NCBI GenBank assembly: GCA_012295275.1 | Contig: CM022679.1 | Coordinates: 15,872,001-15,936,000 of the forward strand | Origin: Chrysomallon squamiferum | Lineage: Eukaryota; Animalia; Mollusca | Direction: 5' to 3' | DNA length: 64,000 nucleotides | Part shown: piece after piece, positions 17,101-32,054 of the stretch | Layout: each line of letters begins with the position of its first letter | Numbering within the stretch: the stretch's first letter is position 1 | The notes under the pieces: model-generated | Told to the model about the DNA's origin: nothing | Seen by the model: the letters and a program-made list of their open reading frames with translations, nothing else | Database searches by the model: none | Position numbers and translations under genes: made by a program

Positions 17101-17845
17101 TTAGAGGGAAGTGTATAACTTTTAATTATATAACAATTTTATTTTTATTTTATTTTTAACTGATTTCATAAAAAAATAATAATAATTTGAATCAAAAGTA
17201 AAAAGTCATGCAGGCTTATAAAATTATTTCATACTGACTTCCCACACTGAAAGGAAATGACATGCCGTGACCTCAGATAAACTAATCATGATGCATGGGT
17301 CAGAACGGTATATGTCCCAGCCCTTGCTCTGGGTACTGAAATCTGATTCTTGTTTCAACTGGAAGTGAAGAATATGTGTTGAATGAACAGCATATTATTA
17401 ATATGATGTAAAAATAGTAATCTCTGCCCTTCCAAACAAGAACAAAATAAGATTCTGTAGTTTTTATTGATAAATACATTGCTATAAAGATTAATGAATC
17501 GTTAAAGAATATTAACAGGAAGCAAATCAGAAAAATGAAAATGAGTTATGGTTCTGTGTAAGGAATGATTATAAATGGGTCTTTACTATATTCGATCAAT
17601 ACGCTAATGTCAGAAAAAGAGAGAAAAAGAAAGTCATATGGTTCTGACGGTTTTTCGATAACACTGTAATGACTGATTCCTCGAAGGTTATTCAAACTTG
17701 TTGTTTTTGGTGGGTTGTTTTTTCTCTTCATATCAGTGCGTTTTAAGGACTTTTCTAAATAGAGATTTGCTTTAGAATAACTGATAAAAAATATGATACT
17801 GGGTTTTCCGATTCCTTATTCGAGATGGGAGAAAAGTTCTCTGTC

Positions 17846-18403
17846 ACTCATCACTGTTATAAAAATATGCCCTATGTGATTGTGCAACAACATGTTATTC
17901 ATCACTGTTATAAAAATATGCCCTATGTTATTGTGCAACAACATGTTACTCATTACTGTTATAAAAATATGCCCTATGTTATTGTGCGACAACATGTTAC
18001 TCATTAGAGTTATAAAAATATGCCCTATGTTATTGTGCAACAACATGTTACTCATTAGAGTTATAAAAATATGCCCTATGTTATTGTGCGACAACATGTT
18101 ACTCATTAGAGTTATAAAAATATGCCCTATGTTATTGTGCAACAACATGTTACTCATTAGAGTTATAAAAATATGCCCTATGTTATTGTGCGACAACATG
18201 TTACTCATTAGAGTTATAAAAATATGCCCTATGTTATTTGCGACAAAATTAGAGTTATAAAAATATGCCCTATGTTATTGTGCGACAACATGTTACTCAT
18301 TACTGTTATAAAAATATGCCCTATGTTATTGTGCGACAACATGTTACTCATTAGAGTTATAAAAATATGCCCTATGTTATTGTGCGACAACATGTTACTC
18401 ATT
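17846..18403. repeat. 51-bp minisatellite, ~11 copies
   Basis: Unit ACTCATTAGAGTTATAAAAATATGCCCTATGTTATTGTGCRACAACATGTT; gives 17-aa periodic ORFs. Confidence 0.95.
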
Positions 18404-18745
18404 AAAGTATGCTGAGTTAGAAAATGACGCAAGCAGATACACATATCCATTGACAGTTATAAAGAGAGATAGAAATAAAAAGTGCTTAATTTAATTTTAT
18501 CTTTTTCCACGAACTAATAAACTGTTGACTTTTAAAAAATGAACGAAAGTCTTGCTCCTAAACACTATTAGTATATTCTGTTATTATCTAAGGATTGTTT
18601 ATATCGAACAGTCAATGAAACCACCAGCATCGCCTCTAACAAACCAATATAGGATAATCACCAAAAAGTGAAATGACTTAGTACGTGCAGTGAAAATGAC
18701 TGACCGTACAATTTGTCATATCTCCAACAACACATTACACTCCAT

Positions 18746-19059
18746 GGAAATGTATGGAATATTATAGCAGTTTGAAAATTAGATTTTCGTAGGAAATGTA
18801 TGGAATATTATAGCAGTTTGAAAATATACTTACGTAGGAAATGTATGGAATATTATAGCAGTTTGAAAATTAGATTTTCGTAGGAAATGTATGGAATATT
18901 ATAGCAGTTTGAAAAATATACTTACGTAGGAAATATATGGAATATTATAGTAGTTTGAAAAGTATACTTACATAGGAAATGTATGGAATATTATAGTAGT
19001 TTGAAAATTAGACTTACGTAGGAAATGTATGGAATATTATAGTAGTTTGAAAATTAGAC
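18746..19059 (-). repeat. 46-bp minisatellite, ~7 copies, reverse complement of the exon 1 donor repeat
   Basis: Unit GGAAATGTATGGAATATTATAGCAGTTTGAAAATTAGACTTACGTA starting at 18746, 18792, 18837, 18883, 18929, 18975, 19021. Confidence 0.95.
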
Positions 19060-20078
19060 CATTAATTTCTAAAACACTACAGCGACTCATGGAAGACTGT
19101 AATTAATCCGCTTGTTGCACAGTGACGAGTTCATTAATTAAGAAACTGTCGTTGTGTGGATCATAACGACCGAAAGAATAGATTATTGAAAGCTTTTTAG
19201 AGACGCAGAACATGAGCGAATGAGACGACAAACAGCAAGATAGAGATAGTGTTTGTTTAATATACAACTGAAATATTTTAAAAATTAAAGAATATCGTCT
19301 ATAAAGTTATCGCTTCTTCATTATTTTTATCTTCTTTTTTTTTGGCTGAATAAAACCTTTTGAGTCGATGACGGGAGAATAGATGATCAGTTTTAGTAAT
19401 ATAAGAAAATATTTACTTGTCATTTAGGTCTTAGGAGATAGGCTTAATTATACCTTTTTTTTTTTCTTTTTTTTCTATTGAATAATAATCCTCTTTTTTA
19501 AGAAATTGTTTTTACTTTTTTTTTTAGTAAATTACGTTACAGGCTTCATCACTGTATAGGCGAATAACTTTTCTTTAAGAATTTCAGTAAAAGAGTTCAG
19601 ATACAATTGTTCTTTGCTGAACTGAATGAATAAAGAAAGACGATCTATACAGATATCCTTGACCATTTAAATACACATATCGTTTACCATATCATAATCT
19701 TCAAGTGACAGGAAAAAGAAGAGAGACCCTAAACTTCGACTGTGAAAGAAAATCAGATAATCCTCTCCTCGCTTTGACCAGATCATCTTCTAGACAAATC
19801 ATGTTCGGGATCAACAGAGATTACTTGGTAATCGGAAAAACTTCATTATCCATCATTCAAGTTAGAAAAGTCCCGATGGTCTGCAGACAAGAAGAAGCAG
19901 ACTTGAAACAGATGATATAAAGATCACGGTGAAACGGTTAATATAAAGGTCGCGGATCTTCACTCTGTCGATAAATATACGATCATTCAATTGTAGTCGG
20001 TATGAAGCAGATGTCGGATAGAGACTGCGCTGTAGCTAAGCAGACAGAAGTGTATTTGTAGCCGTCATAATTTGTAGC

Positions 20079-21560
20079 GTGATAATGTACAGTTATAATG
20101 CATAGTGATAATGTAGAGATATAATGTACAGTGGTAATGTACAGTGGTAATGTACAGTGGTAATGTATAGTGATAACACAGAGTGATAATGTACAGTGAT
20201 AATGCATAGTGATAATGTAGAGATATAATGTACAGTGATAATGTACAGTGATAATGCATAGTGATAATGTAGAGATATAATGTACAGTGGTAATGTACAG
20301 TGGTAATGTATAGTGATAACACAGAGTGATAATGTACAGTGATAATGCATAGTGATAATGTAGAGATATAATGTACAGTGATAATGTACAGTGATAATGT
20401 GATAATGTAGAGATATAATGTACAGTGGTAATGTACAGTGGTAATGTATAGTGATAACACAGAGTGATAATGTACAGTGATAATGCATAGTGATAATGTA
20501 GAGATATAATGTACAGTGGTAATGTACAGTGGTAATGTACAGTGGTAATGTATAGTGATAACACAGAGTGATAATGTACAGTGGTAATGTACAGTGGTAA
20601 TGTATAGTGATAACACAGAGTGATAATGTACAGTGATAATGCATAGTGATAACACAGAGTGATAATGTACAGTGATAATGCATAGTGATAATGTAGAGAT
20701 ATAATGTACAGTGGTAATGTACAGTGGTAATGTATAGTGATAACACAGAGTGATAATGTACAGTGATAATGCATAGTGATAATGTAGAGATATAATGTAC
20801 AGTGGTAATGTACAGTGGTAATGTACAGTGGTAATGTATAGTGAGATAATGTACAGTGGTAATGTACAGTGGTAATGTATAGTGATAACACAGAGTGATA
20901 ATGTACAGTGATAATGCATAGTGATAACACAGAGTGATAATGTACAGTGATAATGCATAGTGATAATGTAGAGATATAATGTACAGTGGTAATGTACAGT
21001 GGTAATGTATAGTGATAACACAGAGTGATAATGTACAGTGATAATGCATAGTGATAATGTAGAGATATAATGTGGTAATGTACAGTGGTAATGTACAGTG
21101 GTAATGTATAGTGATAACACAGAGTGATAATGTACAGTGGTAATGTACAGTGGTAATGTATAGTGATAACACAGAGTGATAATGTACAGTAATAATGCAT
21201 AGTGATAATGTAGAGATATAATGTACAGTGGTAATGTACAGTGGTAATGTTTAGTGATAACACAGAGTGATAATGTACAGTAATAATGCATAGTGATAAT
21301 GCAGAGATATAATGTACAGTGGTAATGTACAGTGGTAATGTATAGTGATAACACAGAGTGATAATATACAGTGATAATGCATAGTGATAATGTAGAGATA
21401 TAATGTACAGTGGTAATGTACAGTGGTAATGTATAGTGATAACACAGAGTGATAGTGTACAGTGGTAATGTATAGTGATAACACAGAGTGATAATATACA
21501 GTAATAATGCATAGTGATAATGTAGAGATATAATGTACAGTGGTAATGTACAGAGATAAT
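20079..21560. repeat. 13-bp monomer satellite with ~91-bp higher-order structure (~110 monomers)
   Basis: Variants AATGTACAGTGGT, AATGTATAGTGAT, AACACAGAGTGAT, AATGTACAGTGAT, AATGCATAGTGAT, AATGTAGAGATAT in recurring order. Confidence 0.95.
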
Positions 21561-22749
21561 ATATACGATCAATGCCTCTGGGTTTTTATCATTCCAGCCA
21601 GGATGTAATATCTGGTTTATCTAAGAGTTTCGTGTATATTTTTTCTTCATCTTGTAATGCAATCGTTTTATTTTTAAATATTTTTTGTATTTTAAAGAAG
21701 CATATCTAATACAAGTTACTGTTGCTATTATAATCAAAACGTCTCTTTCGTTCTTTCTTTCATTAATTTATTTAGATGACATATACTATTCAAGATTTTA
21801 AAGAAAAATAGTCATTCCAAACAACAGGCTGTTTGCAATGACATATGAATGAGAAAAATTAAAATAATAAAAAAAAAAAAAAAAAAAATTAAAATGAATA
21901 AAAAAACATTGCAATGACAAGAAAAGATTTCAAAATATTTTTGGAAAGCGAATCATAAAAGAAACAGGAAAGAGCAACCAGTCTGCTGTACTGTTTTAAA
22001 AAAATCTAGATGGTTATCTGTCGATTATTTATTTCTGTCTGTTATCTGTCGAAAAACTGTGTGGAAACTTTTTTGTTTTTTGGAATATTTATTTATTTAT
22101 TTATATCAGAGATAACAAATGACTATTTTGTAATAATATACCTTTGTGCTTTGCAACTGAAGTCACCGATAAACAGATACGTTGTTTGTTTTTTTGTTTT
22201 TTTGAGAGGTTTTTTTAAAAGTTTTTTTTATTTTCACTAACTTTTTTCTTTCTTCATGGCAATCTATGGGAACGATGACATCAGTAGAAATGCGTTCTCT
22301 CACAAATCGTATCACATTACAGCTATGTTATTAAAACAAAAAACTCCGAAAGTAACTCAAAGAAACATTGCTTGTACTTGATAACGTCTTCATAATTCGT
22401 CTTTCTCTGAAATCGCGCCAATGAATGGAGACAACTGCACTTGGTGTTTGGCTTTGTGCAACCAAATACACAACAATGATAACGCTACGATTCCAGCATA
22501 ATGCATTTCTCTCTGTACTTGAGGTAACTGATTCAGACAGCTTCTCGCGCTGGGTAAATTGGTTCATGTCGAATCATAAAGTTATTTAGTGCTGCAGCCT
22601 TCATCAAAGGTGATTTTAAGAAATCAAAGAATTTAAAAAACTAATTCTCGCTTTTATCGGGTTCAGTAATATCATTTTTAAAAAAGAAAACGAAACAGAA
22701 AGCGATAATGACAAAAACAAAAAACAAAAATAAATAAATACAGAAACAA

Positions 22750-22820
<71 letters not shown>

Positions 22821-23815
22821 TAAAAACACAGTTACCCAAACAATTAAAGCTAAAGTGTTATTTTCTGTTATTATAAAAATAGCATAATTATAACTGTTGC
22901 CGAACTTATTTTTTATTTATTATTATTATTACTATTATTATTTTTTTTTTTTTTTTAAAAGGCAGAATTGTAATGATTAATTTAACTTGAAGTATCTCAC
23001 GTTTTTAGATAATTATGTAGCTGTTACTTTTGGGATTTCTTTCTGAGAAATCTTCCAAGAGTGACTGCAGTGTTAAGAAGCCACAATTATTTATAGGCAA
23101 TTAGTCATTGGATAGGCAAAGCATTTAACTTTTAATTCGATTGGAACTTTAAAATGAGAGACATACTTAAATCGGGAAGATGGTTAATTCATGGAATTAT
23201 TATTTTAGATTCTCACGTTAATTATGAATTTAAATAGACATTTAAATCCGTACACGCTGAATTAAAACATTTTTTTTTACACTTAACAAGTGAATGGAGT
23301 GTTTTGGTTACGTTATTAATACCCATCTCATTCTTTTTCATAATACTTTATTTATTTATTTATTTGTTTATTTAGTTATTTTTTTATTTATTTATTTATT
23401 TATTTATCTATTTATTTATCTATCTATAAAAATGTTTTAGAAAATAAAAACTCGTAGCTTTAGAATTAATTAAAGAAGTTTTAAAAAGTACTCTTTAGAC
23501 ACAGACCTTGAAGGAAATACTTTTGTTCAAACAATTCTTTCACGTTTCATGTTAATCATAAATTTAATAATACATTTTGTGACAGTCTGCACTCCAAAAG
23601 TTCGATGGAAAATAATCACTATAGAATTTCAGTTTATAGATCACTATAAACAATTCAAATAACAGGACATCGTTATGAAAGTATTCATAGCGTATAGATT
23701 TTGAATTCAAGGGTCGAATTTATTTTGGTGTCGGTATACACCGTAAAATGAGACTCATTCTATTAATCCAGTTTTTCTTTCTTTTTTGTATTTCTTTCTT
23801 TATTTCTTTATATAA

Positions 23816-23875
<60 letters not shown>

Positions 23876-24179
23876 CAACAATAACAACCACAGCATCACT
23901 TATAATAATGCATAATAATAATAATAATAAAAAATTATGCGGATTCCACATTCATACACTACATTACAGTTGTTTTTTAATTTTTTTCATTGACGTAAGC
24001 ACAATTCCATCCAGTGGAATAATATCCCTTATTTCAGTGTGTTTGTTTGTGCGCCAAGCAATAGAAAATACCTGGGATTCATACCCTGTTGATCCAGGAA
24101 CCTGTTGCTCGAAGTTCTACACAATAACAGCGGTCGATTCTTCACAGGAACCAATTAGCGTTGATCGATTGGTGTTTGG

Positions 24180-24314
24180 CTTGAAGAGTTCTTGGAAGAA
24201 ATCGACATCAGCTCTGAAAATAAAGACCAGTGTTAACTAACGTGCTGGGTTCCAGTACAAGTTTTGTCGATGACTGGAGCAGTCTGTTTAGCGCTTTGTT
24301 CGTCCGCCGTGAGG
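24180..24314 (+). other. Candidate alternative non-coding 5' exon (start approximate)
   Basis: GC/CpG-enriched patch ending GAGG|GTAAGA at 24314/24315. Confidence 0.3.
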
Positions 24315-24626
24315 GTAAGAATCTGTAATTCATTTAATGTTGCTGTGATTGTAAATCTTCAAACGAAATCGAGTTAAAAATGGAATTATGTTTTCTTCAG
24401 TAATATTAACTATGCAAGTAAATAAAATAAACAGAAAGTTGAAAAAGTAAATGAAGGTATGTTATTATTGTAGTTGTAATATTGTTGTTTTTTTTGTTGT
24501 TGTTGTTGTTGTTGTTGTTATTACTATAATATCATTTTTGTTGTTGTTGTCATGCAGAAATACGTTCTGTAAATACGTATATATTCATGAACTTAAACAG
24601 TCAAAAAGAAATATTTTTTCTTAATA

Positions 24627-24704
<78 letters not shown>

Positions 24705-24907
24705 AGTTACCACTTTATTAGTTAAATTTAAATTTCGTGAATTACATTTTTGTTCCTATATATCAGCTCATCCAATACATTTTGATAGTTGTTCACTATT
24801 TTCTATAAATTTATATTTGATGAATTTATTTACGTAATTTAACCTTCGTAGTTGTGTTGATCGGTTTTATTAATTTAGTTACACTTTTATTACATATTTA
24901 TGTCAAG

Positions 24908-25037
<130 letters not shown>

Positions 25038-25839
25038 GTGTTTGAACATGTATCTGTGTATCATGGGGATTTTATATATATATTATAAGATTATAAAAAT
25101 AGAAATGTTAGTGATCTATGTGACTGTAAATCGGTTAATATACTCGTATACCCTTATCATTTTCAAATTTATGCTTTCATACATGTCTTCCTGGAATTAA
25201 AACTGTACAATCCTACACGTGTTAGTAACTCAAATCGGTTAAGATATATTCATAGCTTTTATATGCCAAATCGTAATAAAGTATACTACCTTAAATAGAT
25301 AATGTATACTTATATAAAACCTTCACCATGACATATATATGTAAACTGTATCTCAGTGAAACTGAAATTATATAGCAATAAAACTGTTATCAATGCTTGC
25401 TGGTGTATTAATCGCTTCTTTGTGTTCCTACCTATTCTTGAAAATAAAATATACAACAACAAACTCTTAGCAAAAGTTATCAGGATAGGTAAAAAATTAT
25501 TAATTACAAAAGAAAAACAAACCCACCATCAACGAAATGAACCAGTAGAGCAAACAAAAGTACAGACTTAAAGTTAGACAGATTTCACAGTCTGTTCAGT
25601 GCAGTTAAATATTGTAATTTATTTTATGTCTCTGAATATAGCGTATGTCTAGCCATTTTGACAGTAAGGTAAATAAAATACTACACTGAATAGAGAAAAC
25701 TTCCATTTTAAATAATACATATCTGATTACTTGAAAGGATATATTTGCTGTAATACTCAAATTTACTTAGATATTGAAAAAAGAAAGAAAATGAATATCT
25801 TTCTCCATAGAAGTTCTACAATATTACATGACACATACA

Positions 25840-27000
<1,161 letters not shown>

Positions 27001-28042
27001 TGAGGTGTTTTCCTACAAACATTAAGGAAACTGTGCAGGCAGGTGTTTAACGCTTGAATGAGTTCTTTCCTTTATGTATCAAGACATTACGTCTCGTTAG
27101 TGTTGAGCTTATCTGAAGCAAATATCATCTAGAAGTTCAATTACTTATTTCTACCACGTAATACCACGTAATAAACTGTTGTTGTTGTTGTTACTAACAT
27201 CATCACTGCTGTTCTTGTTATAGTCATTCATATATCATACTAAGTAATAACAAATAAAATGTTAATAATAAACAAACAAACAAATGAATATAAAAAGTAC
27301 ATAAATAAATAAATAATCAAGCAAGCAAATAAATAATCAAAATAAATAAAATAAAACAAACAAACAAACAAATAAACTAATAATCAAGATAAATAAATAA
27401 ATAAATAAATAAATAAACACGCTTCTAAGTATGTTCCCAGTGCAAAGTTATTAATTTATTGGCAGGTTATAAAAGACATAGCACGGAGTTCTGATATTCT
27501 GATGTTTACTTGATAACCTTCACACCACACAACTATGAGAAGTTCGTTTAAACACATTTGTCTCTGGCTAGGTGTAAAAACCATCTGCTCAAAACTTGTT
27601 AACTGCCAGCGCTTTGGTCTTTCTAGATATCTGTGGTCGAATCTTCAAACCTGATGTAATCAGGATGTTTTTACTGATAGACTGATATATGACAGTTTAA
27701 AATGTCTCATAATGTACTGAATAATACAAATATTTTTTAAATACAAAATTTAAATATTCCTTGCAGGAATTACCGAAAAAAGTAAATATCATATAAATTA
27801 CGCACATAACGTAAACTAACATACAATAAAAAATGTAATTATATGTTATTAATAATATAAATTTGACCCCTAAAGAAAAAGCATTTAAACGAAAGTTCTG
27901 AATGCATAATTAACGGTTTTAAGTTCTATTTTACCATTTTTAAGAATTCATTTAGAAATTCCGAGATCTATAAATTTATAAAGAAACTCATACATTTCAC
28001 TTGTCTTTCTATTTTTATTGCCAGTACGTTACGACTGGTAAA

Positions 28043-28110
28043 TGACTGGTATATCAAAAGCCCTGTTATATGTTTTCCAAGATACGGGAAAGTGTATAAG
28101 AATGATTTCT
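28043..28110 (+). mobile_element. SINE central-domain relic (same family)
   Basis: GACTGGTATATCAAAAGCCCTGTTATATGTTTTCC...GGGAAAGTGTATAAGAATGAT. Confidence 0.5.
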
Positions 28111-28306
28111 CGACATTGAATACGAAATGATAGACTGAGACCCAGTTACAGTTATTATAATCTAACGGATTCAGTTAAAAATTCATTCCATTATTTGTCA
28201 TTTCTGAAATTTATAGAATCCTTAAACTGTATTCTGTTCACAGGTGACTGATATCACCTCTTCTAGATTTGATCGCGAAAACTAACACTGTCACATTATT
28301 ATTTTA

Positions 28307-28367
<61 letters not shown>

Positions 28368-29285
28368 TTGTTTTTGTTTGAGTCTGAGTATAGCCAATTA
28401 GAATACATGAAACTTAATAACAGAAATGAAAAAAAGAAAAAGAAAAAACAAGCAAAAAAACCCCCAAAACAACATCAACAACAACAAAAAAAAAAAAAAA
28501 AAAAAGTCAAATAAAAAACAACAACAAAAAACCCCAGAACAAACAAGAAATAAACGAATGTTACACATTCTCTCGTTAATGCAATTTGCCAGTTTTGTTA
28601 TATAGGATTGGCTCTGGAATTCCTTTTTGCGTATAAGCTGTAAGTGACATAATATGAATATTAGATATAGAGAAAACATTCAGTGCAAAAAAGCAACAAC
28701 ATGCGCATTAGACCTTAATTCCATTAAGAAAGTGTTTTGTTCTTTTTGATTTGATCTGTTTGCACTCAAAACGGTAAATTCTTCGCCGGGGACAAAATTT
28801 GCGACCGTTTCAAACGTTCTTGGACAATTCTCTGACAGAAGTTTGCTAAAAACTGTCTACAGTTTGGTAAAACAACAGCATTATGCCTCATATCTGTCAA
28901 TAGCCAAACTATATTATTATTTAATGGAAACAATCTACATTTTGTGAAAGTAATTAAAATAAAAAGTAAGAGAAATATTAAGTGCAATAACGAATACATA
29001 AACCGTAAACAACGAAAGTAATAACAGACAATACTACTTACAAAAATCATTACTGGTACTTAAAGCATTATTATTTCGATGTATCTTGTGATCGTTATTG
29101 GTTATTGATATACTGTTGTCAAAGATAACAGCTAAATCCTGATAGATATATACATAGATACACAGATACATAGACACAAAATTACATAGATACATAGAGA
29201 TAGATAGATAGATAGAAAGATAGGCATATGAGACTGGTAGATAGATAGAAAGATAGGCATATGAGACTGGTAGATGAATAGCTAG

Positions 29286-29382
<97 letters not shown>

Positions 29383-30099
29383 TTATTTAAGTTTCACTGT
29401 TATTTGTAACATAGTTTCTCACTCTCGATGCGGCAAAATACAGCAAATTGTACTTTAAAACGTCTATTTTCACAAGCGTGTTAACTTTCTTTTTCTACCA
29501 CCTTAAGCACGCGCGTTATGTCATTTTTATTTTCCTAACCTATTCTGTTTCAAGGCTCTTACTGTCTGGCACGTGCACTTAAATAATGAATAGTGAATAC
29601 AGCCTCCAAATGCCAGACAGTCATTCCACTTCAGATGGTCAGATTGGTTTACTGTGATGAAGATAGATGATCTCGTCTTTGTTTAACGTAAAAAACCCTT
29701 ATCTGTCAAGTTGTCTTTCAGAGGATACATTTCTTTTGCCTAACCTAATTAGAGACATTTTATTGAAGTACTAAAAATTATATATACTAATTATATGTAT
29801 ATAACCTTGAGATTATCTAGTCCGTATTTATGATATAGAGAAAAGGATAAATCGGCGATAAATATTAAATAAACATGTATTAATAATTACATTTAGTAAA
29901 CAGTTTGCCTTTAACTGCCATATATGAAAATAATTAAAGTTCTGTTTGACCATATAATACCCTTTTACATGAAAATACACGCAGTTTTAAAGTTACAAGA
30001 ATTGGTGGCCAAGAATTGGCGAGTTTTGTGATACATACTAACACAACTCTGAAGTTTGTCTCACCAACCTGTTTCCCTTTTTTCTTTGATTCCGCGGTT

Positions 30100-30265
30100 T
30101 TCGCCGACGTCTGCAGGAATCTAATAAAAAGAGCCTGCGGGCCTCGGGGTTTGTGTCAGGTTAAAGTTCTTGTTCTTGTTCTGGGCGGTTGCACAACAGG
30201 GCGGTTCCGTTTGATGAACTTGAAACTTTGGCCTTGCTTTGATAAGCATTTGGCAGCGAGATATG
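30100..30265 (+). other. Candidate non-coding 5' exon of gene A (start approximate)
   Basis: Local GC/CpG-rich patch ending in a consensus donor ATG|GTAAGA at 30265/30266. Confidence 0.4.
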
Positions 30266-31979
30266 GTAAGATATGTTTCTCTCTTTTTAATTTGTATTTT
30301 ATGTCTTTATTAGCCAATGTAATCTGTATCATTATCGACGTATATATATGTATATATACAGAAACACACACACACAGATATTTATATATACTTGATTCTC
30401 TCGTGACCGATTCCGTCTTTAATTAGCAGCATTCAACAGATTCCTTTTTTTATCTCACGTTTCCACAAAACCATAAATAATTTAGCTGTCTTTATTTTCT
30501 TGTATATTATTACAAAATATATTTGTAAATAAATAAATAACACAAACTGCATTCTTGTTTGATGAGTTATTTACCTTGTGGATATACATATTTTACTTTC
30601 ACAGTTTAAAATCTACTAATCCCAATGATCTAAACGCCTACATCCCAGTGGCACAGTGAGAGACACAAACATTCAGTTTTGATGCACGATTGTCTAGTTC
30701 TGTCAATTATACATTAAGGGACATCGATACACTGCTCTGCTCATTAATGTATAGACAGCTACATTAGTATTATTTCTCTCTATGCCATGATAAGGATATA
30801 TATATAAAGTTGGAATTTTACAGTTGTCAATATTTAATGTTAACTGTCAGCCCTAATTAGATCGTAAAGTAAACATTCCTTCATTTCTGTTTTTGAAATT
30901 GTCTTCCTTTTTCATTCATTCATTCACTTACCATTTAATTCATTCATCGATGCACCCACCTGTCATATCATTTATCCATCAATTCATTCGTCCAACCATC
31001 CGTAACTAATGGTTTATTTGTTCGTGCATTCTTTATGAACCGGCAATTACCAGATCATTGTAATTGTAAACAACACAATACAGATTAAAAAAGAAAAAGA
31101 AGATGAAGAAAAAAAGACGGATACGGAGTACAGCTCGACTAAATGACGTCTCTTTTATTTCAAGAGATCGACCAAGTCGTTATGATTTATAACAGAATAC
31201 CTACTTGACTTGTACATCTAGCAAGATTTCAGCTGTGCATATTATTCTACATCTACATTATGTGTGTATGTGTGTGTGTGGTATATTGTATAATTATATT
31301 TTATTTTTATGCACTGCTGTATTTACATATTCGTATATTTTTGCTGAATTAACACATTAGTATATATATACGCACACACACACATATTACAGCAGATATA
31401 TATATATATATATTAACTTTCTCTTGCTTTCATTCGTCCAATTTTTCTGTTTTTATTCATTCGTTCATTCTTTCCATATTTCTTTCTGTCAGTCTTTTAT
31501 TTCATTTATTCATTCATTCTGTAATGTAAACTAGATCAGGTTGCAAGTGCAAATAAAGTTTGTCTGACAGGTGACTCTTTCATGATAGCAAAACACTGCT
31601 TGTGCGTGAAAATTCAGTTGTTAATACAACAAAACCCACGAAACGACATTTCCAAATGAAGGCAATTTCCTTCTCTCGCGTGCTCAGCTGTTGCATTTGC
31701 ATTTTTTCTCCTTCTTTTTATACATTACCAATTTGTGAAAACAATATTAGTTTTAAAAATAAACCCTGAAAACAAATTGTTTTGTATCTTCATGAATCGT
31801 TAATTATTTAATAAAATAAATAATAACCACAGCAGCAACAACAACAACAACAACAACAGCAACACAATAAACAATAACAATAATAACAGCTGATATACTA
31901 CTACTAATAATAAAAACAAAAATAACAACAGCACAGAAACAACGCAACAACAACAGTAATAATAATAATAATAATAATA

Positions 31980-32054
<75 letters not shown>

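Noticed and set aside
17816-18450. 17-aa periodic ORFs on both strands; CRISPR-like appearance
   Set aside because: Contiguous 51-bp tandem units with no unique spacers, no cas genes and a eukaryotic context.
18746-19059. Possible inverted pseudogene of exon 1
   Set aside because: Only the 46-bp unit is present; the expected upstream exon sequence (reverse complement ACGCTGTCGCTGTCAAGG) does not follow.
19983-21572. 529-, 429- and 359-aa His/Tyr/Cys-rich ORFs on the - strand
   Set aside because: All three frames are open because the 13-bp monomers lack stop triplets on that strand, and a period of 13 cycles the same peptide through the frames. There is no signal peptide or splice support, so this is a satellite artefact unless proteomics shows otherwise.
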